From an uncultured Candidatus Saccharibacteria bacterium (GTDB lineage Bacteria; Patescibacteriota; CAZHWT01), in NCBI GenBank assembly GCA_964597145.1, contig CAZQWH010000002.1, positions 177,232-241,231 of the forward strand: a stretch of DNA of 64,000 nt, written 5' to 3'. Shown in pieces: positions 59,926 through 64,000 of the stretch. The notes below the pieces were generated by a model. That model was not told the DNA's origin. It made no database searches and worked only from the letters and a program-made list of their open reading frames with translations. How positions within the stretch are numbered: the first letter of the stretch is position 1; every line of letters begins with the position of its first letter. The position numbers and the translations under genes are program-made.

Positions 59926-60240
59926 TTAGAATCCCGGCAATCCTAAGCCCCCGCCCATGCCTTGCAGCTTCTTCATCGCCATTTTTTGAGCTTCAAACAT
60001 AGCCTGGTTAATAGCATCTTTTAAGCCAAATTCCAGCTTTTCGTGTGACTGGTTGGTCATCCATTCCGGATCAATAGCAATCGATTGAATCTTTTGATCG
60101 CCACGAATTACAATCTTAATTGCCCCACCAGCATACGTGTGCTCTAGTACTTCAGACTCTAAAGCCTTCTGCATTTGTTGCGCTTGCTTGCGCATATCGT
60201 TTAATTGGCCAACCTGCTTGGCCTTATCCATTAATCCCAT
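59926..60240 (-). CDS. ybaB: YbaB/EbfC nucleoid-associated protein
   Basis: QAQQMQ, GG.IKI...G...I.SI.IDP, AINQA; between dnaX and recR. Confidence 0.88.
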   Translation of the reverse strand: MGLMDKAKQVGQLNDMRKQAQQMQKALESEVLEHTYAGGAIKIVIRGDQKIQSIAIDPEWMTNQSHEKLEFGLKDAINQAMFEAQKMAMKKLQGMGGGLGLPGF

Positions 60241-60480
60241 AAAAACCTCCCATAAAATATATCTAAACTATTATAACTTACTTCAGTAGCGCTAGCGAGA
60301 TACAGGCTTGCGCGTTTAAGGCGCAAAGATAAAGGCCTAGCTATCCAAGAGTTAAAACTCATGATAGCCCGATGTTAACGCAGTATTCCCCCAAGCCGAA
60401 TAAGGTCAATACGTCGTTGGTGGTGTTCTGGAACAGCTTTCTGCGTTATCCCCTAACCCTTACCTTCTAATTTTTTATTT

Positions 60481-62220
60481 TTAATCGACAAATTCGCCGC
60501 CAAATATTTCGGCCGCTGTGTCGGCTAAGCTCTCTTCTTCAATTGGCGCCACATTATGTAAATCTTCCTCAGTCATCGGTTGCTTTTTGGGCCGCAGGCT
60601 TTTATCGGCTAATTCGCCTCGAATTTTAATAGGGTGGCCAAAAACAGTCTCGGCAACATCTTCAACCATCCGACGATTTTTATCTAATTCCACCTGTTTC
60701 TTATGAAAGGCATTCCAGAATTGAAGCAACAGTATTGTACCATCAAGCGATACGGGCGTACAGTGATGGCGCAACAAGGAGCCCACTGATTTGTTTTGAT
60801 TCAATACGGCAATAAGGGTTTGTTGCCAGGCCGAAGCCAAGTCGGCTGGTGGATTAGCTGGCGCTCCAGTTGGAGGCGGGGCGGATACCGGAGAATCACC
60901 CCGAGATCCAGCTTCTGCGCTCTGGTTATTGGATTTAGAATCAGATGCAGGTGCAGAGGTTGTTGTTTTATGGGCTGCGGATCCAGTTGGCTTTGAATGT
61001 TCGCTCTTTAAATCCCGATCTTTGATCTTGAGATCATAGGTAGGCGGTGTAGCCTCAGCCTGCCTGGTCACTGCCTCAACCGACCCCTGGCTTTTAACCC
61101 CCGAGCTCCCCCCTCCTATCTTCTGAGTCAATGCTAGTGACTCAAGCAAGCTTAGCTCCACTGTCAAAGCCGGATGTAGCGAAGAATGAGTTGGCTGGAC
61201 GGCCAAATTTTTAATAGCCTGGGTTAAAAATCCTGGTGTAGTTTGAGCAATTATTGTATCCATCCACGCCTGTTGTTGCTCAGATTGCTGCTTTGCTAAA
61301 TCTGTAGATTTTAGGCTATAGAACAACAAATCTCTAAGCTGATCAATGAGCCCAGCCGTTAAATAACGGACCTCTCCGCCATTGGCGGCAAAACCCTCAA
61401 TCGCTTCAATCATAGCCATTGGTTGCTGTTGCACGAGCTGCTCAATAATTTGCTGCACCACCTCTTGATTGGCTAATCCCAACTGCTGTTCAATATCCGA
61501 ACGACTAATCGCCTCTTTCGCCTTGGCCACACCTGTCTGTTGGGTACTAGTTATAACCTGGTCCAACAACATTACTCCATCGCGATATCCGCCCTCAGCC
61601 AACTGAGATAGCAACGCTAGGGCTTCTGGTTGGATAGTAACTTTTTCTTGGGTAGCAATCTGGGTAAGTAGCTGTTGTAGCTGTTCTTGGCTAGCTCCAC
61701 TAAACGCAAACCGTTGACAGCGTGAAGCGATAGTCACCGGCACTTTATGACTTTCGGTAGTACATAAGATAATTACCACATGGGCTGGAGGCTCCTCTAA
61801 AGTCTTTAACAGCGCGTTAAAAGCCTCACGGGTAAACATATGCACCTCATCTAAGATGTACACCTTGTACCGGCCAATACTCGGCACCGACTGAGCCTGC
61901 TCTACTAATTCACGAACATCATCAATACCACGATGGGAAGCAGCATCAATTTCAACCACATCTAAGAACGACCCCTGATTAATGGCAAGACAATGTGCGC
62001 ATTCATTACATGGCCGCTCAGCCACTGTATCACTCAAACAATTAACCGCTTTAGCCATAATCCGCGCCACCGAGGTCTTCCCTGTACCGCGGGGCCCCGA
62101 GAAGAGATAGGCATGGGCAATCCGCTGGGTAGCGATAGCTTGGCTCAAAATCGAAGCTACTTGTGGCTGTCCCACCAGTTCAGATAATTTTTGCGATCGA
62201 TATTTACGATATAACGTCAT
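60481..62220 (-). CDS. dnaX: DNA polymerase III subunit gamma/tau
   Basis: LYRKYR, GPRGTGKT, EIDAAS, DEVHM, LLKTLEEPP, SRC. Start at ATG 62220. Confidence 0.96.
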   Translation of the reverse strand: MTLYRKYRSQKLSELVGQPQVASILSQAIATQRIAHAYLFSGPRGTGKTSVARIMAKAVNCLSDTVAERPCNECAHCLAINQGSFLDVVEIDAASHRGIDDVRELVEQAQSVPSIGRYKVYILDEVHMFTREAFNALLKTLEEPPAHVVIILCTTESHKVPVTIASRCQRFAFSGASQEQLQQLLTQIATQEKVTIQPEALALLSQLAEGGYRDGVMLLDQVITSTQQTGVAKAKEAISRSDIEQQLGLANQEVVQQIIEQLVQQQPMAMIEAIEGFAANGGEVRYLTAGLIDQLRDLLFYSLKSTDLAKQQSEQQQAWMDTIIAQTTPGFLTQAIKNLAVQPTHSSLHPALTVELSLLESLALTQKIGGGSSGVKSQGSVEAVTRQAEATPPTYDLKIKDRDLKSEHSKPTGSAAHKTTTSAPASDSKSNNQSAEAGSRGDSPVSAPPPTGAPANPPADLASAWQQTLIAVLNQNKSVGSLLRHHCTPVSLDGTILLLQFWNAFHKKQVELDKNRRMVEDVAETVFGHPIKIRGELADKSLRPKKQPMTEEDLHNVAPIEEESLADTAAEIFGGEFVD

Positions 62221-62321
62221 ATACAAGTGTAAAGTTATAAGGGATAAGGGAGAAGTTGGAGCAATAAAGGGCCAATTTGAGGGAATTTTATACTTCCCCC
62301 TTTTCCCTTCTCGCTTCACCC

Positions 62322-62954
62322 TTAAGAGTCAATTTTGACTATAGCTTTATTATACCGCTTCATTGCATGAGGCAAGCCATTAGCCAACGCTTCTTTTACC
62401 GCGTTGGCAGCCAAACAAATTGATTCTGTTGCCAACTGTTGTTCAGCCTGAGTAAAGTTTTGCAAGACATAGGTTGGCCCTGGAATTTCTCGGTTCTCTC
62501 TAGTATTAATCCCAACTCGAAACCGCCAAAAACGGTTATGACCCAACTGATCTTGAATAGAGCGAATACCATTATGGCCATTATGGCCACTTTCGGTTGC
62601 AATTTTAAGTCTACCCAAAGATAAATCAAGCTCATCATGTACAATCCATATATTCTCGGGAGCAATCTTGTAATACTGAGCTAAACGGCTCACTGCCTGC
62701 CCCGAAGCATTCATCATCGTGGTTGGCTTAGCCAAAACCACTTCCTGGTTATCAAGGCGAGTTTTTTGAATAACAGCCCGGCAGCGATCCTGATTCTGCC
62801 AGCCGGAGGAATTCGCCAGTAGGTCAACCACTCTAAAGCCGATATTGTGGCGAGTAAACTCGTATTCGGGCCCAATATTTCCTAACCCAACAATCAGCTT
62901 AGCATCTGGGGACTTATAGGGCTTTGAGGTTCGTTGTAAAAAAGGTAACTTCAT
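62322..62954 (-). CDS. pth: Peptidyl-tRNA hydrolase
   Basis: VGLGN.G..Y..TRHNIG, KP.T.MN.SG, HDELD, GHNGIRS. Confidence 0.96.
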   Translation of the reverse strand: MKLPFLQRTSKPYKSPDAKLIVGLGNIGPEYEFTRHNIGFRVVDLLANSSGWQNQDRCRAVIQKTRLDNQEVVLAKPTTMMNASGQAVSRLAQYYKIAPENIWIVHDELDLSLGRLKIATESGHNGHNGIRSIQDQLGHNRFWRFRVGINTRENREIPGPTYVLQNFTQAEQQLATESICLAANAVKEALANGLPHAMKRYNKAIVKIDS

Positions 62955-63100
62955 TTGCTCCAGAAAATAATGCAACAAGGAATGGTATGGTAAAGCTCAA
63001 AAGGTAGAGTTCAAAACCACAACCAAAAAGTCAAAACTAAGCATAAAAGGCTTTTACTTTTGAACTATGGTTTGCGCTTTGAGTTTTGCGCTTCTAATCC

Positions 63101-63475
63101 CTATCCGCTAAGCACTGTCAAAAATGGCGGTCCAAACAGCACCAATCCTACAATCGCGGCGATGAGGGTTGATACCAACACCGCCCCAGCCCCAATATCT
63201 TTAACCACCCCGGCTTGCTGATTATACTCAGGCGAGAGCAAGTTCGTCATCTCTTCAATTGCAGTGTTACACAACTCAGTTGCAACCACCAAACCAATTG
63301 TCAAAATCAGAATCAAGAATTGGGTCGTCGTAAAGTGTAAAAAGTAAGCCAAGACGAGCACCACCAACGCGACCAGCAGGTGGACCCAAATGTTAACCTG
63401 CGTTGATAGCGTATACTTTACCCCCTTAGCCGCATACCGGTAACTTTTTACTTGTCGTCTGGCATGTCTCATCAT
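63101..63475 (-). CDS. dgkA: Diacylglycerol/undecaprenol kinase (DgkA family)
   Basis: S..YA.KG, ELCNTAIE, KDIGAGAVL; 3 TMs. Start at ATG 63475. Confidence 0.88.
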   Translation of the reverse strand: MMRHARRQVKSYRYAAKGVKYTLSTQVNIWVHLLVALVVLVLAYFLHFTTTQFLILILTIGLVVATELCNTAIEEMTNLLSPEYNQQAGVVKDIGAGAVLVSTLIAAIVGLVLFGPPFLTVLSG

Positions 63476-63521
63476 ACCTACGTATTGTAGCATGCCCGTT
63501 GAGAACAAGAAGCGCGACCCA

Positions 63522-64000
63522 TTACGATCGCTGGGCCCGCAGAGACACTGCGCCCAAAATGATAGCCAGCACAATAAATCCAACCATCACCACTACTGCC
63601 CACGTCAAATCCGAGGTCCAATCAGAGTAACTTTTAACCTGCTCCAGGGCTTTTACCACGTAAGTAATCGGCATAATATCGGCAAAATACTGGAGCGGTT
63701 CCGCCATTTGATCTCGGCCAATAAACAAGCCGCAGGTTAAGAACTGTGGCATCACAAAGGCCGGCATAAACTGAACCGCTTGAAACTCGTTATGGGCAAA
63801 AGCGCTAAAAAACAAACCGAAAGCCATACCTAAAACACCAGATACGACTGCCACTACAACCAGCGAACTCAAACTACCAGCCAGTTGCACGTCAAACAAA
63901 TACATCGTCACCAAGCTCACCAAAACCGCTTGGACGAGGGCTAAAAGAGCGAAGGCCAACGCATAGCCTAACACAATATCCAACCGGGTAGCAGGCAAAA
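63522..64000 (-). CDS. ABC-2 type transporter permease (partial, 5' end outside the window)
   Basis: P.TRLDIVLGY, SAFA.NEFQAVQFMP....PQ..CGLF. Confidence 0.88.
   Translation of the reverse strand, partial: LPATRLDIVLGYALAFALLALVQAVLVSLVTMYLFDVQLAGSLSSLVVVAVVSGVLGMAFGLFFSAFAHNEFQAVQFMPAFVMPQFLTCGLFIGRDQMAEPLQYFADIMPITYVVKALEQVKSYSDWTSDLTWAVVVMVGFIVLAIILGAVSLRAQRS

Noticed and set aside
60241-60480. SRP RNA (ffs) next to dnaX
   Set aside because: No conserved helix-8 CAGG/GGAA/AGCAG motif on either strand.
306-63740. Numerous short ORFs in the track that overlap or are antisense to identified genes
   Set aside because: They are shadow frames of well-supported CDSs and have no recognisable motifs.
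1-64000. CRISPR array, rRNA, intein, or TGA recoding (code 25)
   Set aside because: No regularly spaced repeats or cas genes, no rRNA signatures, DnaB of normal length, and TGA terminates several conserved genes.

Overview
Gene-dense bacterial chromosome segment (code 11; TGA used as stop), most genes on the - strand. Gene content suggests a CPR/Patescibacteria organism (inference): orphan VirD4-like ATPase, GlmL-like pair, split transketolase cluster, Y1/RAYT transposases and many short-leader genes. Housekeeping genes include tgt, rluA, efp, tRNA-Leu(CAA), dnaB, uppS, rpmE-prfA-prmC, htrA, ctpA, rpsF-ssb-rpsR, ychF, cysS, recR-ybaB-dnaX and pth. Accessory content includes a GNAT/LuxI-like gene coupled to a 7TM-GAF histidine kinase, two REP-flanked tyrosine transposases, an AT-rich defence-like island (33.7-38.3 kb), a WxL pair, an orphan emfourin and a decayed Ham1/RdgB gene. 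The most notable unannotated signals are: (1) a ~120-nt hairpin sRNA (4122-4243) with a consensus promoter, a terminator and a 5' anti-Shine-Dalgarno seed matching 12/12 nt the RBS of an unannotated 53-aa membrane peptide; (2) a candidate quorum-sensing synthase/receptor pair; (3) a 57-bp element with a 26-28-bp A/T-only palindrome present three times; (4) RAYT terminal repeats containing the transposase -35 box. No CRISPR array or rRNA was seen. All family calls are by motif recognition, not database search.
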